A stretch of DNA of 48,054 nt, taken from the IMG/VR virus record IMGVR_UViG_2563366844_000004; one strand, 5' to 3'. Below, in pieces: positions 1 through 10,007 of this stretch (positions within the stretch are counted from its first letter, which is position 1; the number at the start of each line of letters is the position of its first letter). A model generated the notes under the pieces. It was given only the letters and a program-made list of their open reading frames with translations. It had not been told where the DNA came from and made no database searches. Both the position numbers and the translations under genes were made by a program. Source of the stretch: a virus. Lineage: Duplodnaviria > Heunggongvirae > Uroviricota > Caudoviricetes.

Positions 1-10
1 TACTCCTCCT

Positions 11-715
11 TTATCCGATATCGCTTCGGGAAACGGATAACAACTTTAATTCTGACTCAAGTTCATCAACTCTTTCAGTCAGCTTCTGGATATGGTGAAT
101 CAGTGGAACAACCAGACGTTCGTACATTACACCTTCGGCAACAAGGCCATTGCTGGAAATAGCTTCCGGTGCATCATCTTCGTTAGCTGGTCGCCAGTGT
201 ACAAACTGAGGGGCAATTTCTCCTACTTCCTCGGCAATCAATCCGTAGAATCCCCAGTCACGCCTGTCATTTTCGCATTGTGACCTGTACCATACAGGGC
301 GCATCCTGAAAATGAGATCGGCGTGCTCTGAATCTATCGTCTCTACTGAATGCTTATAGCGGATAGACGATGTTGACCGCAGTACAGACGAAATTGCAGG
401 GTCAGGATTAAGATAAAGGTTTGCCGCCGCTGTAGTCGTGGCCAAATTCCATAAATAAAACGCTTCACGACCTGTCAGTGGATAAAAATCTCCGCCATAA
501 TGACCACTTTCCAGATCGTTCACTTCCACTTTGTTTTTCAGCTTATTATCAACTTCAGTTTTTGTGTATCTGGTGCTGATATCCTGCTTTGCACTGGCCA
601 TATCAGTCTGAAGCGTTGATACTTTTCCGTTAATAGAGGAAATATCTTCCTTTGCTTTACTAACATCTCCCTTCAGCGTGGTGATGTCCCCCGGAATTAC
701 TGTCGATGTAGCCAT
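11..715 (-). CDS. Tail fibre-associated protein with C-terminal intramolecular chaperone-like (peptidase S74-like) region
   Basis: 234 aa ORF at distal end of tail module; N-terminal coiled-coil-like region, C-terminal motifs SSIRYK (Ser..Lys spacing) and GFYGLIAEEV resembling the GxIAQEV signature of tail fibre/spike chaperone domains. Confidence 0.4.
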   Translation of the reverse strand: MATSTVIPGDITTLKGDVSKAKEDISSINGKVSTLQTDMASAKQDISTRYTKTEVDNKLKNKVEVNDLESGHYGGDFYPLTGREAFYLWNLATTTAAANLYLNPDPAISSVLRSTSSIRYKHSVETIDSEHADLIFRMRPVWYRSQCENDRRDWGFYGLIAEEVGEIAPQFVHWRPANEDDAPEAISSNGLVAEGVMYERLVVPLIHHIQKLTERVDELESELKLLSVSRSDIG

Positions 716-724
716 TTGTCTCCC

Positions 725-1006
725 TCACATCCAGCCACGAAGTTGATGTTCAACTACAACCGCGTATTCATCGAATATTGACGATTTTTTTGCATCATTA
801 ATGATGCGCACGTTTACAAAATATCCGTCTTCCTTAACACATATCGGTTCGCCATCTTCAGTCAGTTCTCCGGTTTCTTTGTACACGTTACCTATCACGT
901 CAATAAGAATATCATTCTGCATCGACTCGTCGTCATAATAGCCAGTGCTATCCATAAAGGCCGAAAAGTCGGCCCTGTCTGCAAATTTGAGTGTTAAATC
1001 TTTCAT
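725..1006 (-). CDS. Hypothetical protein (possible tail fibre accessory protein)
   Basis: 93 aa ORF, start overlaps the stf stop (ATGA-type coupling), position directly downstream of side tail fibre. Confidence 0.3.
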   Translation of the reverse strand: MKDLTLKFADRADFSAFMDSTGYYDDESMQNDILIDVIGNVYKETGELTEDGEPICVKEDGYFVNVRIINDAKKSSIFDEYAVVVEHQLRGWM

Positions 1007-3405
1007 TTAATACTCGCCCCCATTTGTGCCTCAGTTAATTCTTTATGCCAAATGCGTAAATTTTTCACATGACCGAACAGGTGTCTGTTGCCACTGGAGG
1101 ATTGTCCACCGATATTAATATTACCGGCAGTATAACGTTGCAATGTATGCAGAGACGGGGAGCTGCTACCTAAAATCCCATCAACAACAACCTGCAACTT
1201 TTTATCTTCTGTAAACTTAAAGCCAGTAACAAATTTCCTTTTCTCTCTATTCCCATATGCTTTATATTCTGTTTTTGTTCCTTTGCCATTGGTGATAATT
1301 AGCCTTTTACCACGAGTGGTAAAACCAAAATACATATAACTTTCATCAGAAACTTCAGTCGTCGCCCCTGTAATTGAGATATTAAGCAAACGCGCAGAGC
1401 CTTCTAAATTAGGCATTTCAGAATCCCAATTAACATTAACTTCCATGAGAACACTAACTGGTGGAGTTGCCCAGTTGAAAGGTATAGGTATGATTACCTG
1501 GTCACTTGCTCTCGTGGCACCGACCTCTGTTGTGATGATAAAAGATGAGGCGTTTAGTCCCTTTTCGAATTGAGGGGTTGTTAACATTAATTTATCGCCA
1601 GGCTTGATTGATCGTTGATGTGCTCCAAACTCAAAACGCCCATACATATTTTTTGCTTCTGGTGATTTGTAGGTAAACTCAACACGAATCCATCCATTAG
1701 ACTCTCTGAATATGTTATAAGTTGCCGCCTCACCTCCAGAATAACTCAACATATCGCCAGTCTCGCAATCAATATATGCGCCAGCGGTCAGTGTGTTACT
1801 TGAGCCATCGTCGTTAACATATGATATTCTTGGACGCAACGTGATAATACCATCCCCACTTACTTTTTTAACTCTGCAGGATAAAGTAACTGATTCATTT
1901 GCCGAAACTGAAATAACCCTGGTATATCCAGTAGAAATTAATGTCGCCCTTTCAGTTGTGGATGTTTCTTTAACGCCAAACAAACCATAACTGAAACCAT
2001 ACTCATCAACTCCCGTGGTAATAGTTAAGTTAGCAGTGTCATAGTTCCACGATTCTGGTGTATTCGTATAAGAAAAAGTATTCGTTCTCTGACCTTCAAT
2101 GAGCAGACCATCTTTTTCAAAACGAGGTTCATTTATCGCTGATTCAGCAAAACACCCAGACTTATCTATATACGTTGCAGTTGACGCCCTGGTAAATGAA
2201 ACAACCTTTTCAGACGGCAATGTAATAACATCGTCACCAACTGTGATGCTCTTATATCCAGGAGCAAACCCGGTAATCATATCCAGTGAATCGTTAAACG
2301 GTATCCACACATCGGGAAGCGGCTGCAAAACTTGTTTATACGGCTCCGCAGCCTGGCTTGCATACTCTCTGGCTGCGTCTTCACTTGCTTTTGCAGCCGT
2401 CTGGCTTGCTGCCGATGCTTGCGCCGAGTTCGCCGCCGCAGTCTCGCTCGCCTTTGCGTTGGTTTCACTGGTTTTTGCTGCTTTTTGACTGTTAGCTGAT
2501 GCAGTGGCAGAAGCAGCCGCCGCGCTTGCAGAACTGGCTGCGGCACTCTCGCTTTGGGCCGCTGCATCCTGACTGCTTTTCGCCGCAGTTTCACTGGCTT
2601 TGGCATTCGTTTCGCTGGTCTTCGCTGCCGTCTGGCTGGACTTTGCGTTAGTTTCACTCGTCTTCGCAGCTTTCTGGCTGTTAGCCGCAGCAGTTGCTGA
2701 TCCAGCTGCTGAAGTCGCAGAACCGGCTGCCGCGCTCTCGCTTTGGGCTGCTGCAACCTGGCTGTTTTTTGCCGCAGTTTCACTGGCTTTGGCATTCGTT
2801 TCGCTGGTTTTCGCTGCCGTCTGGCTGGACTTTGCGTTGGTTTCGCTCGTCTTTGCGGCTGTCTCGCTATTTTTCGCGTTGGTTTCTGATTTTTTGGCTG
2901 CTGTCGCGGAGTTTGCCGATGCAGTCTTTGAGGTCGCTGCCGCCTGTGCACTATTAGCTGCATTCGTTTCTGAGGTTTTCGCCGCGTTCTTTGATGATGC
3001 CGCTGCAGTTTCGGATTTCTTTGCCGCCGCTGCGCTCTGAGAGGCGGCTTCGGCGTTGCGTGCCACTTCTTCCACCATTGCCTCAAAACGACGCAATGCC
3101 TCCGGCATGACATCATCTTCCGTCATGGCACCGAGAAAATCATTCAGCGTACCTGGTCTGGAGCCTTCATAGACGGTAATGGTCCCGGCATGTGAAGGCG
3201 GAAAACCTTCAACCAGCAGGGTGACGCTGTACTGGCCATACTCAACATCCATGCTGTAACGTCCGGCTTCATCCGGATTTTCAGAAGCCACCGTGTTCAC
3301 CAGTACCGTGGTGCTGTTACGCTTTGCCTTCAGTTGAATAGTGCAGTTCTGTATTGGTTTTCCCGCACCATCTTTCAGCACACCTGAGATTTTTACTGCT
3401 GCCAT
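1003..3405 (-). CDS. stf: Side tail fibre protein (lambda Stf-like N-terminus, divergent C-terminal receptor-binding part)
   Basis: N-terminus MAAVKISGVLKDGAGKPIQNCTIQLKA matches the lambda Stf start; ORF track begins 2 codons upstream at a GTG; long Ala/Ser/Thr-rich repeat region (KTSETNAKSSQTAAK units); follows lom as in lambda. Confidence 0.85.
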   Translation of the reverse strand: MAAVKISGVLKDGAGKPIQNCTIQLKAKRNSTTVLVNTVASENPDEAGRYSMDVEYGQYSVTLLVEGFPPSHAGTITVYEGSRPGTLNDFLGAMTEDDVMPEALRRFEAMVEEVARNAEAASQSAAAAKKSETAAASSKNAAKTSETNAANSAQAAATSKTASANSATAAKKSETNAKNSETAAKTSETNAKSSQTAAKTSETNAKASETAAKNSQVAAAQSESAAAGSATSAAGSATAAANSQKAAKTSETNAKSSQTAAKTSETNAKASETAAKSSQDAAAQSESAAASSASAAAASATASANSQKAAKTSETNAKASETAAANSAQASAASQTAAKASEDAAREYASQAAEPYKQVLQPLPDVWIPFNDSLDMITGFAPGYKSITVGDDVITLPSEKVVSFTRASTATYIDKSGCFAESAINEPRFEKDGLLIEGQRTNTFSYTNTPESWNYDTANLTITTGVDEYGFSYGLFGVKETSTTERATLISTGYTRVISVSANESVTLSCRVKKVSGDGIITLRPRISYVNDDGSSNTLTAGAYIDCETGDMLSYSGGEAATYNIFRESNGWIRVEFTYKSPEAKNMYGRFEFGAHQRSIKPGDKLMLTTPQFEKGLNASSFIITTEVGATRASDQVIIPIPFNWATPPVSVLMEVNVNWDSEMPNLEGSARLLNISITGATTEVSDESYMYFGFTTRGKRLIITNGKGTKTEYKAYGNREKRKFVTGFKFTEDKKLQVVVDGILGSSSPSLHTLQRYTAGNINIGGQSSSGNRHLFGHVKNLRIWHKELTEAQMGASIK
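2330..3060. repeat. Imperfect tandem DNA repeats (about 190 bp units) inside stf
   Basis: Near-identical stretches such as ttcgccgcagtttcactggctttggcattcgtttcgctggt recur at about 2580 and 2770; protein shows repeated SQTAAKTSETNAKASETAAK blocks; repeats create long spurious antisense ORFs. Confidence 0.7.
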
Positions 3406-3415
3406 ATCCACTCCA

Positions 3416-3444
3416 CAAAAAAGCCCGCCTGAACCGGCGGGCTG
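3416..3444 (-). terminator. Rho-independent terminator-like hairpin downstream of lom
   Basis: Plus strand aaaaaagcccgcctgaaccggcgggct: GC stem gcccgcc/ggcgggc; on minus strand the stem is followed by a T-run. Confidence 0.5.
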
Positions 3445-3469
3445 TCATAACACTGTGTTACCTGGCTAA

Positions 3470-4069
3470 TCAGAATTTATAACCGACACCCACGATGAAA
3501 CCGTCAGTGCGCCAGTCACCACTGCCGGAGCCTTCATAAGCAATATCAATGGCCACGGATTCGGTCGGGTTAAACTGCACGCCAGCTCCCCACGCCAGAG
3601 ACGTGTTGCTGTGGCGACCGTCATCACTTCCGGTCAGCACATCGTGCGTTTTCCCCTTATTGTCAGTTACGCGGAGATAATCCCCGGAAAAAGTCGACAC
3701 ACGGCTGTAAGCCATACCCGCCATCGCATACGCGCTGAACCATTCATTCACGCGCACAGACGGCCCCACCATCACGCTGAACCAGCGGTTACGCACGGAA
3801 TCTTCATGCCAGCGGGTATTGCTGTAACGGGTAAGCTGGCGATTCTTGTCTCCTGCATAGCTGAATGACGTCACCAGCCCCAGTGTGTCCGTAAACTCAT
3901 AACGGTATTTCACGTTAATGCCCTTCAGGTCATCGTTGCCGGGCATATCAGTATGGGTCTGAAGATACCCGGCGCTTAGTGTGGACTGATGCTCTGCTGC
4001 GCTCGCTGGCGTACCAGCGGCGACCAGCCAGACTACTGTGGACAGAATAACAGCACATAATTTACGCAT
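3470..4069 (-). CDS. lom: Lom-family outer membrane protein (Ail/Lom/PagC beta-barrel)
   Basis: 199 aa, N-terminal signal peptide ([24 protein letters not shown]), ends in aromatic residue (GYKF), canonical position between J and stf. Confidence 0.85.
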
Positions 4070-4092
4070 AATTACCTCTCGCTTTTCTGCAA

Positions 4093-4117
4093 TAAAAAAG
4101 GCGCCATTTCTGGCGCC
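4093..4117 (-). terminator. Rho-independent terminator-like hairpin downstream of J
   Basis: Plus strand taaaaaaggcgccatttctggcgcc: stem ggcgcca/tggcgcc with tttc loop, T-run on minus strand. Confidence 0.5.
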
Positions 4118-4136
4118 CGTATCTGGGTTATAAAAT

Positions 4137-7100
4137 TCAGCTAATCGTGATGCCTGCAGTGGCTTTCTTCATCACAACAACCAGCAAATCGCTGATACTT
4201 GCTGTGGGATACCAGCCATTTACCCACCATGCTGATACAGAAAACTCCAGTGTCATTACGCCACTGCCTGCAGGCATATCAATAACACCCGTGTAAATCA
4301 GAGTATTATCCAGAGCCGTTCGGTTATAAATTTCAGCCCCGTTTTTCTTCACTATCAGGCGGCATGACGAATAAGTATCGCTATTCTCCCGTTCATGTCT
4401 GGCACCGCTGAAAGCCACCGCTGGAATAACAATTTGCCGGTCAAACGGCTGATCGTCATAAACCCTGACGGTAATGGTCCCTGATGGCCACCGCTCCGGT
4501 GCACGGGAGTCCCGGGGGAAAGCTTTGCCCACTGTTTTAACGAGATCGCCTTCAATCTGGTTCGCGGACAGTTTTCCCAGAACCCGACAGTTCTCGTTAA
4601 TCGTGACGTTGTTGAGCGTCCCGGAGTTCGCATTCACGCTACCGCTGATATCGGCATTTTTCGCCGTCAGCCGCCCGTCCGGTGTCAGGGAAAATGCCGG
4701 AGGATTACCGCCGCTGGTAATGGTGGGAGCCGTCAGATATTTCAGGAACACTTCGTTCATGAATATCTGATCGCCCTGACCAACAAACATCGGCTTTGTG
4801 TTGCCATTCGCAGGATTAACCATCGCAATCCTGTCCGCCGCCAGCAGCACCTGACTCTGCATGCCGTCAGGGGTGTTCTCAATACCGGCACCAATACCCG
4901 CGATATAAAGGCGTCCGTCCTGCATCTGCTGCAGCTTCACAGCCCACATGCTGTTCAGGTTATTATTTGTATCAACCTGAACCTTCTGTATCTGCTGAAT
5001 TGCCGCACTCTGGTCTTCCAGTTTCTTATTGACGGTCTGCGTGATTTCATTGCTGACATCCGTAATGGACGTCCTGATTTCAGCCAGGTCAGGCGCAAGC
5101 TGACCGTTATCAATCTGCGTCCACAGCTCCTGAGCCAGATGGCTTTTCCCTATCTCGCCTTTGAAAAAATCCAGATAGCCGGATGCATCATCACTCGGCT
5201 GGCCAACAGCCTCCACAAATGCCGATTTGCCAACGGTGTTCACACTGCGGATGTAAAAATAATAATCATGGCCCGGTTTGATATTGATACTGGCAGCTAT
5301 CCAGTACAGCGCCGTGCCAAGATAGCGGGCTGTGGTTTCAACCTGCCTGATATCCGCAATCCGCTTTTCCGAGAACCAGAACTCAAACTGTACCGTCGGA
5401 TCATAAACGGCAAGATGGGGCGTGGCGGTTATCTGAAAATAGCCCGGCGTCAGCTCAATCCGCGACGGCGCTGCCGGTGCGGCAATACGGAACGATACCG
5501 ATGCCGGATCGCCCTGCTGCCCCCAGGCATTTGCCGCCCGGACTGTCAGCCTGTAGTTCCCTGGCGCCAGTTGCGTGAAGCGGTATGTGGTTTCCGTCGT
5601 CCGGGCCGTGCTGACCAGCCGCTCACTGCCGTCATCCGCTGCCACGGTCAGGCGAAGCATAAAGCTCACGCCCTTCACCACCTTCGGCGTATCCCAGCGC
5701 GCCAGCACCTGGTATTCCCCGCTGTCTGCGGTGACTTCGGCGGTCAGGTGCTGCACCGCTGGCGGCGTGACACCATTCACCGTGCCGCTCTGGTCGCCGT
5801 CAAAGTGCGCCCCGTTATCCACGATGGCTTCTTTTTCCGGTACATGCTGCACGGCAGTGATGGCATACGTGCCGTCATCGTTCTCACGGATACTCACACA
5901 GCGGAACAGGCGCTGACGCAACGTCGGCAACTTCAGCCCCCACACACTGTATTCTGCAACGCCGTCAGGAACCCGATTCACTTTCACCTTAAGTCCGTCG
6001 GTGACGGACTGAACCTCCACGCTGACCGGATTGCCACTTCCGTCAACCAGGCTTATCAGCGTGGTACCGGAGGATGGCAGCGTGATTTCACGGTCGAGCG
6101 TCAGCGTCCGGGTCTGGCTGTTCACCGCCAACACGCGACCACCGGTGCTGATACCGGCATAGTCATCATCGCAGATTTCAATAACATCGCCCGGCACATG
6201 GCGAAGCCCTTCTGCGCCCACGCTGAAATCCACGGTCTGCGTTTCCAGCAGTTCCGTTTTAATCAGCCACAGCCCGGCGCGGTGTGCCTGCCCCCGGCTG
6301 GTACAGCCAAAGGCATCCATCTTCGTGACATTACGACCGTAACGGGCAATGGCCTGCGTATCTTCAACAAGCTCTGTCGCCGTCTCCCAGCCGTTGTTCG
6401 GGTCAATCCAGTTCACCTCAACGGCATTATGGCGGTCCTTCAGGGCGCTGAAGCTGTAGCGGAACGGCGCGCCATCATCCGGCATCACCACATTACTGCG
6501 GTTATAGGTCCACACCTTATCCGACTGTCGGTCCTGCACGAACGTCAGCGTCTGCCCGTTCCATACCGGCATACAGCGCATCGCCGAGCAGAAATCACTG
6601 AGCACATCCCACGCCTTGCGCTGTGTGGTCAGGTACGCATTACAGGTGATGCGCGGCTCCGTGCCGCCAAAGCCGTCCGGCACTGACTGGTCGCAGTACT
6701 GGCCGATGACATACAGCGCCCATTTGTCCACATCCGCCGCACCAAGACGTTTCCCCATGCCGTAGCGCGGGTGGGTCAGCATATCCCACAGACACCAGGC
6801 CATGTTGTTGCTGTATGCTGGTTTTAACGTTCCGTCCCAGATACCGCTGTATTGTCGCGTCTGCGGGTTATAGTTCGACGGCACCTGCAGAATGCGCCCG
6901 CGAAGATGATAATTACGGCTCACCTGCTGGCTGCCGAACTGCTCCGAGTCCACCTGTACGCCGACCAGTGCCGTGTTCGGGTAGCACTGTTTCACATCGA
7001 TGATCTCGGTGTATGACGACCAGAGCGTTTTGTTCTGCAGCTGGTCTGTGGTGCTGTCCGGCGTCATCCTGCGCATCCGGATATTGAACGGGCGCGGCGG

Positions 7101-7616
7101 CAGGTTATCCACCACCACCGAGGCCAGATACTGCGAGGTGGTTTTGCCCTTAATGGTGATGTCTTTTTCCGTCACCCAGCCACCGTTACGCTGTATCTGA
7201 ACCAGCAGGCGGACTTCCGACGGATTCCTGTCTCCCTTTGAGGTGGTTTCCACCAGTGCCTGTACACCGAAGGTAAAGCGCAGACGGTCGATGTTTGCCG
7301 ACGTGATGGTCCGGGTGATCGGCGTTTCATATTTCACTTCCGTACCCAGCACCGTCTCGGAACCGGAGGATTCAAATCCCTCCGGCGGTGACTGCTCCTG
7401 CTCACCTGCCCGGAACACCACCGTGACGCCGGAGATATTGGTATTCCCCTCACTGTCCAGCACCGGCGTACTGTTCAGCAGCACGCTTTTTAATCCATCC
7501 ACCGGACCTTCAATCGGCCCTTCACTGATGGCGTCTATCACGCTCAGCATCTGGGATGATTTCAGGTTGTCCTTCGCTTCGCGCGGGATATGCCCCTTAC
7601 TGCTGCCTTTACCCAT
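4137..7616 (-). CDS. J: Tail tip host specificity protein J (central tail fibre)
   Basis: 1159 aa ORF immediately after tail assembly protein I; size and order match lambda J. Confidence 0.9.
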   Translation of the reverse strand: MGKGSSKGHIPREAKDNLKSSQMLSVIDAISEGPIEGPVDGLKSVLLNSTPVLDSEGNTNISGVTVVFRAGEQEQSPPEGFESSGSETVLGTEVKYETPITRTITSANIDRLRFTFGVQALVETTSKGDRNPSEVRLLVQIQRNGGWVTEKDITIKGKTTSQYLASVVVDNLPPRPFNIRMRRMTPDSTTDQLQNKTLWSSYTEIIDVKQCYPNTALVGVQVDSEQFGSQQVSRNYHLRGRILQVPSNYNPQTRQYSGIWDGTLKPAYSNNMAWCLWDMLTHPRYGMGKRLGAADVDKWALYVIGQYCDQSVPDGFGGTEPRITCNAYLTTQRKAWDVLSDFCSAMRCMPVWNGQTLTFVQDRQSDKVWTYNRSNVVMPDDGAPFRYSFSALKDRHNAVEVNWIDPNNGWETATELVEDTQAIARYGRNVTKMDAFGCTSRGQAHRAGLWLIKTELLETQTVDFSVGAEGLRHVPGDVIEICDDDYAGISTGGRVLAVNSQTRTLTLDREITLPSSGTTLISLVDGSGNPVSVEVQSVTDGLKVKVNRVPDGVAEYSVWGLKLPTLRQRLFRCVSIRENDDGTYAITAVQHVPEKEAIVDNGAHFDGDQSGTVNGVTPPAVQHLTAEVTADSGEYQVLARWDTPKVVKGVSFMLRLTVAADDGSERLVSTARTTETTYRFTQLAPGNYRLTVRAANAWGQQGDPASVSFRIAAPAAPSRIELTPGYFQITATPHLAVYDPTVQFEFWFSEKRIADIRQVETTARYLGTALYWIAASINIKPGHDYYFYIRSVNTVGKSAFVEAVGQPSDDASGYLDFFKGEIGKSHLAQELWTQIDNGQLAPDLAEIRTSITDVSNEITQTVNKKLEDQSAAIQQIQKVQVDTNNNLNSMWAVKLQQMQDGRLYIAGIGAGIENTPDGMQSQVLLAADRIAMVNPANGNTKPMFVGQGDQIFMNEVFLKYLTAPTITSGGNPPAFSLTPDGRLTAKNADISGSVNANSGTLNNVTINENCRVLGKLSANQIEGDLVKTVGKAFPRDSRAPERWPSGTITVRVYDDQPFDRQIVIPAVAFSGARHERENSDTYSSCRLIVKKNGAEIYNRTALDNTLIYTGVIDMPAGSGVMTLEFSVSAWWVNGWYPTASISDLLVVVMKKATAGITIS

Positions 7617-7676
7617 TCCTCACGCTCCAGAAACGACAAAACCGCCCTGAGGCGGTTTCACACAAAACATTCTGCA

Positions 7677-8324
7677 TCAACGACCAATCACCACAACCTG
7701 ACCACCATCTCCTTCATCTGCCGTGCTGATCTCCTGCGAAATCACCCGTGACCCCACGCGCATTTCACCGTACAGAACCGGCAGAACATTGCCCTGGGCA
7801 ACCATGTTATCCAGTGAGGAGAAATAGGTGTTCTGTTTGCCGTTATCCGTTGTCTGTGTACGGGGAGTTCTGGCTTTCGGTGCCAGCATCTGCGCCACAC
7901 CACCGAGCACCATACTGGCCCCCGCACCATACATTCCTGTAATTGCGGCAGCCCCCAACCAACCTGCAGGGTTCCACCATGCCACCGCAATCAGCGCCGC
8001 CCCCAGCACAGCCTGAAAAAGACCGCCACTTTTGGCTCCCGCCAGACGCGGCACAATGTGGATCACGGCACCATTTGCCAGCGGTTCATTAAGACGGGCT
8101 GATAATTCAGTTTCACCTGCATCACGCCCGGCAATGCGTACCTGATACCAGCCGTCGCTCAGTTTCTGACGAAACGCCGGAAGCTGTGTGGTCAGCGCCC
8201 GGACTGCTTCGGCCCCCGTTTTCACACGCAGGTCGATGCGGCAGCCAAATCGTTGTAAATCCCCGTAAAGGCAGATTCGCGCCATGCCCGGTGACGCCAG
8301 AGGGAGTGTGTGCGTCGCTGCCAT
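7677..8324 (-). CDS. I: Tail assembly protein I
   Basis: 215 aa; MAATHTLPLASPGMARICLYGDLQRFG... and C-terminal QTTDNGKQNTYFSSLDNMVAQGNVLPVLYGEMRVGSRV closely resemble lambda I. Confidence 0.85.
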   Translation of the reverse strand: MAATHTLPLASPGMARICLYGDLQRFGCRIDLRVKTGAEAVRALTTQLPAFRQKLSDGWYQVRIAGRDAGETELSARLNEPLANGAVIHIVPRLAGAKSGGLFQAVLGAALIAVAWWNPAGWLGAAAITGMYGAGASMVLGGVAQMLAPKARTPRTQTTDNGKQNTYFSSLDNMVAQGNVLPVLYGEMRVGSRVISQEISTADEGDGGQVVVIGR

Positions 8325-8965
8325 TTGTCGGTATACCTCTCTCGTTTACTCAGTTGTTCAGGAATATGGTGCAGCAGCTCGCCGTCACCACAGTAAATGG
8401 CGGCATGATTCGGCACCGATGAACCAAAACAGCACAGCAGCACATCACCCGGTTGTGCTGATGACAACGGCACCTGATACAGCCCTGTGGCCTCCAGATT
8501 ATCCAGATAGAGATTCTGGTCGTTACGCCACCAGTCATCCTCACGATGAAAATCCGGCATCTCAATCCCCGCCAGATGGTAAGCGTCCCGGAACAGCGTG
8601 TAACAATCCGTCACCCCGTGCTCAAAGCGCCGCCCGGTAAGATGCGGCACACAGCGGAATTTATGAATCGCCCCCCGGCAGACCAGCCACCATGGCAAAT
8701 CACTCTGCACCTGCAGCCGCCGGTCAGCCTCACTCAGCCAGGGCAGGCCACCGGGGTGGCTGTGGACCAGCGCCACAATCTCACCCTGCATCTCTGCCCG
8801 CAGCCAGTCCTCCGGCGACATCCGGAAATAATCCTCCGGCTCACCGGAGATATTCACGCAGGGAAAATATCTTTCCCCTTCCGACGTTCTCACCACGAAG
8901 CCGCACGACTCCGCTGGCGCACATCGCCGGGCGTGCGCCAGAATCGCTGATTCTGTCTCTGTCAT
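8222..8965 (-). CDS. K: Tail assembly protein K (JAMM/MPN plus NlpC/P60 domains)
   Basis: 247 aa; HSHPGG JAMM-type metal-binding motif; position between L and I. Confidence 0.85.
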   Translation of the reverse strand: MTETESAILAHARRCAPAESCGFVVRTSEGERYFPCVNISGEPEDYFRMSPEDWLRAEMQGEIVALVHSHPGGLPWLSEADRRLQVQSDLPWWLVCRGAIHKFRCVPHLTGRRFEHGVTDCYTLFRDAYHLAGIEMPDFHREDDWWRNDQNLYLDNLEATGLYQVPLSSAQPGDVLLCCFGSSVPNHAAIYCGDGELLHHIPEQLSKRERYTDKWQRRTHSLWRHRAWRESAFTGIYNDLAAASTCV

Positions 8966-8970
8966 GGGAT

Positions 8971-9669
8971 TTACTGCGAAAATTTGTTAATGGAAAGGAA
9001 GCCGCCAAAGTTGCCGACATTATTGCGGAACTTACAGCCACTCAGGCATTTGCTGCATTTATCCTTCGTGATTTCGGATGTCGGCTGGTCATATTCATCC
9101 GCGACCGCCGGACCGTGATAACCGCACTCATCACCGCGATAGGTCCAGGTGCAGGTATTAGCAAGCATGATGCGCCCCGGAAAAACAGCGCCGTCCGTTT
9201 CCGTCGGCGTGGACAGTACAAAGGAGGCACTGACCGCGCTCAGTTCGCTGCACTGCTCAATACGCCAGCGGCTGATCACCTCCTGCTCCGGATCGGCGTC
9301 ACTGTTTCCGTTGACGAAGTTCACCGCATCCAGAAAACGGGCGTAAACCTTACGCCTGACCACCGTTCCGCCGACCAGACTCTGCAGGTCTTCCGCCATC
9401 CCGGTGACCATGCCGTGCAGATTAGAGACTTTCAGCGTTGGCCTTGCACTGGCACCTTTGCCGTTCATCTCAAATCCACTCCCCTGAATGGGATAGGCCT
9501 GATACTGCCGACTCTGCCAGGTGACAGACTCTCCTTTCTCGTTCTGCTCATTGCAGAAAAAGTAGCGATCCCCGCCTACCTCGGTCAGGTCGATTTCCCA
9601 GAGCACCACGCTGGCCGACTGCTCCGCACGAATGCATTCATTCAGCGTTTCCTGTTGTATGTCCTGCAT
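8971..9669 (-). CDS. L: Minor tail protein L
   Basis: 232 aa (same length as lambda L), position between M and K. Confidence 0.85.
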   Translation of the reverse strand: MQDIQQETLNECIRAEQSASVVLWEIDLTEVGGDRYFFCNEQNEKGESVTWQSRQYQAYPIQGSGFEMNGKGASARPTLKVSNLHGMVTGMAEDLQSLVGGTVVRRKVYARFLDAVNFVNGNSDADPEQEVISRWRIEQCSELSAVSASFVLSTPTETDGAVFPGRIMLANTCTWTYRGDECGYHGPAVADEYDQPTSEITKDKCSKCLSGCKFRNNVGNFGGFLSINKFSQ

Positions 9670-10007
9670 CAGATCACCACTTCGTCAAACTGACACGAAA
9701 AATCGGTATAGGTGATATGTTCTGTCGCTGACCACGTTCGACACACCACTCTGATTTTTCTGTTAATACCAGGCGGGCGCCAAAAAAAAGATTTATAGCC
9801 TTCATGCCGGGCTAAAAATTTTTCAAATGAATCACGTTCATTCGCCTCAACTTTGAAATCACAGGTGAAAACGCGCAGAGAATGATTAAGTCCATTTGGA
9901 CTTCGTTGCTCATAACCATCGCCAAATCTTACAGTTTTTATCGATGGTTTATTTTCTGTTTTCATTCCATCCTCTGGTAACCAGTGAAATTCTTCCGTAT
10001 TAGCCAC
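9669..10007 (-). CDS. M: Minor tail protein M
   Basis: 112 aa, directly downstream of tape measure gene, overlapping start/stop with neighbours. Confidence 0.8.
   Translation of the reverse strand: MANTEEFHWLPEDGMKTENKPSIKTVRFGDGYEQRSPNGLNHSLRVFTCDFKVEANERDSFEKFLARHEGYKSFFWRPPGINRKIRVVCRTWSATEHITYTDFSCQFDEVVI

Noticed and set aside
2099-3116. Several overlapping ORFs on both strands (2099..2488, 2277..3116, 2600..3040, 2694..2957) within stf
   Set aside because: Artefacts of the tandem Ala-rich repeat region of stf; their translations are low-complexity (Ala/Leu or Arg/Gln runs) and they lie antisense or out of frame to a gene with a lambda Stf N-terminus
5139-6686. 515 aa plus-strand ORF (and 5575..5916) inside the J region
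   Set aside because: Antisense to the 1159 aa J gene, which has clear lambda-like context; GC-rich antisense frames commonly stay open; Arg/Pro-rich low-complexity translation
8692-9693. 333 aa plus-strand ORF overlapping tail genes K and L
   Set aside because: Antisense to two well-supported tail genes; Pro/Arg/Ala-rich composition typical of spurious GC-rich frames
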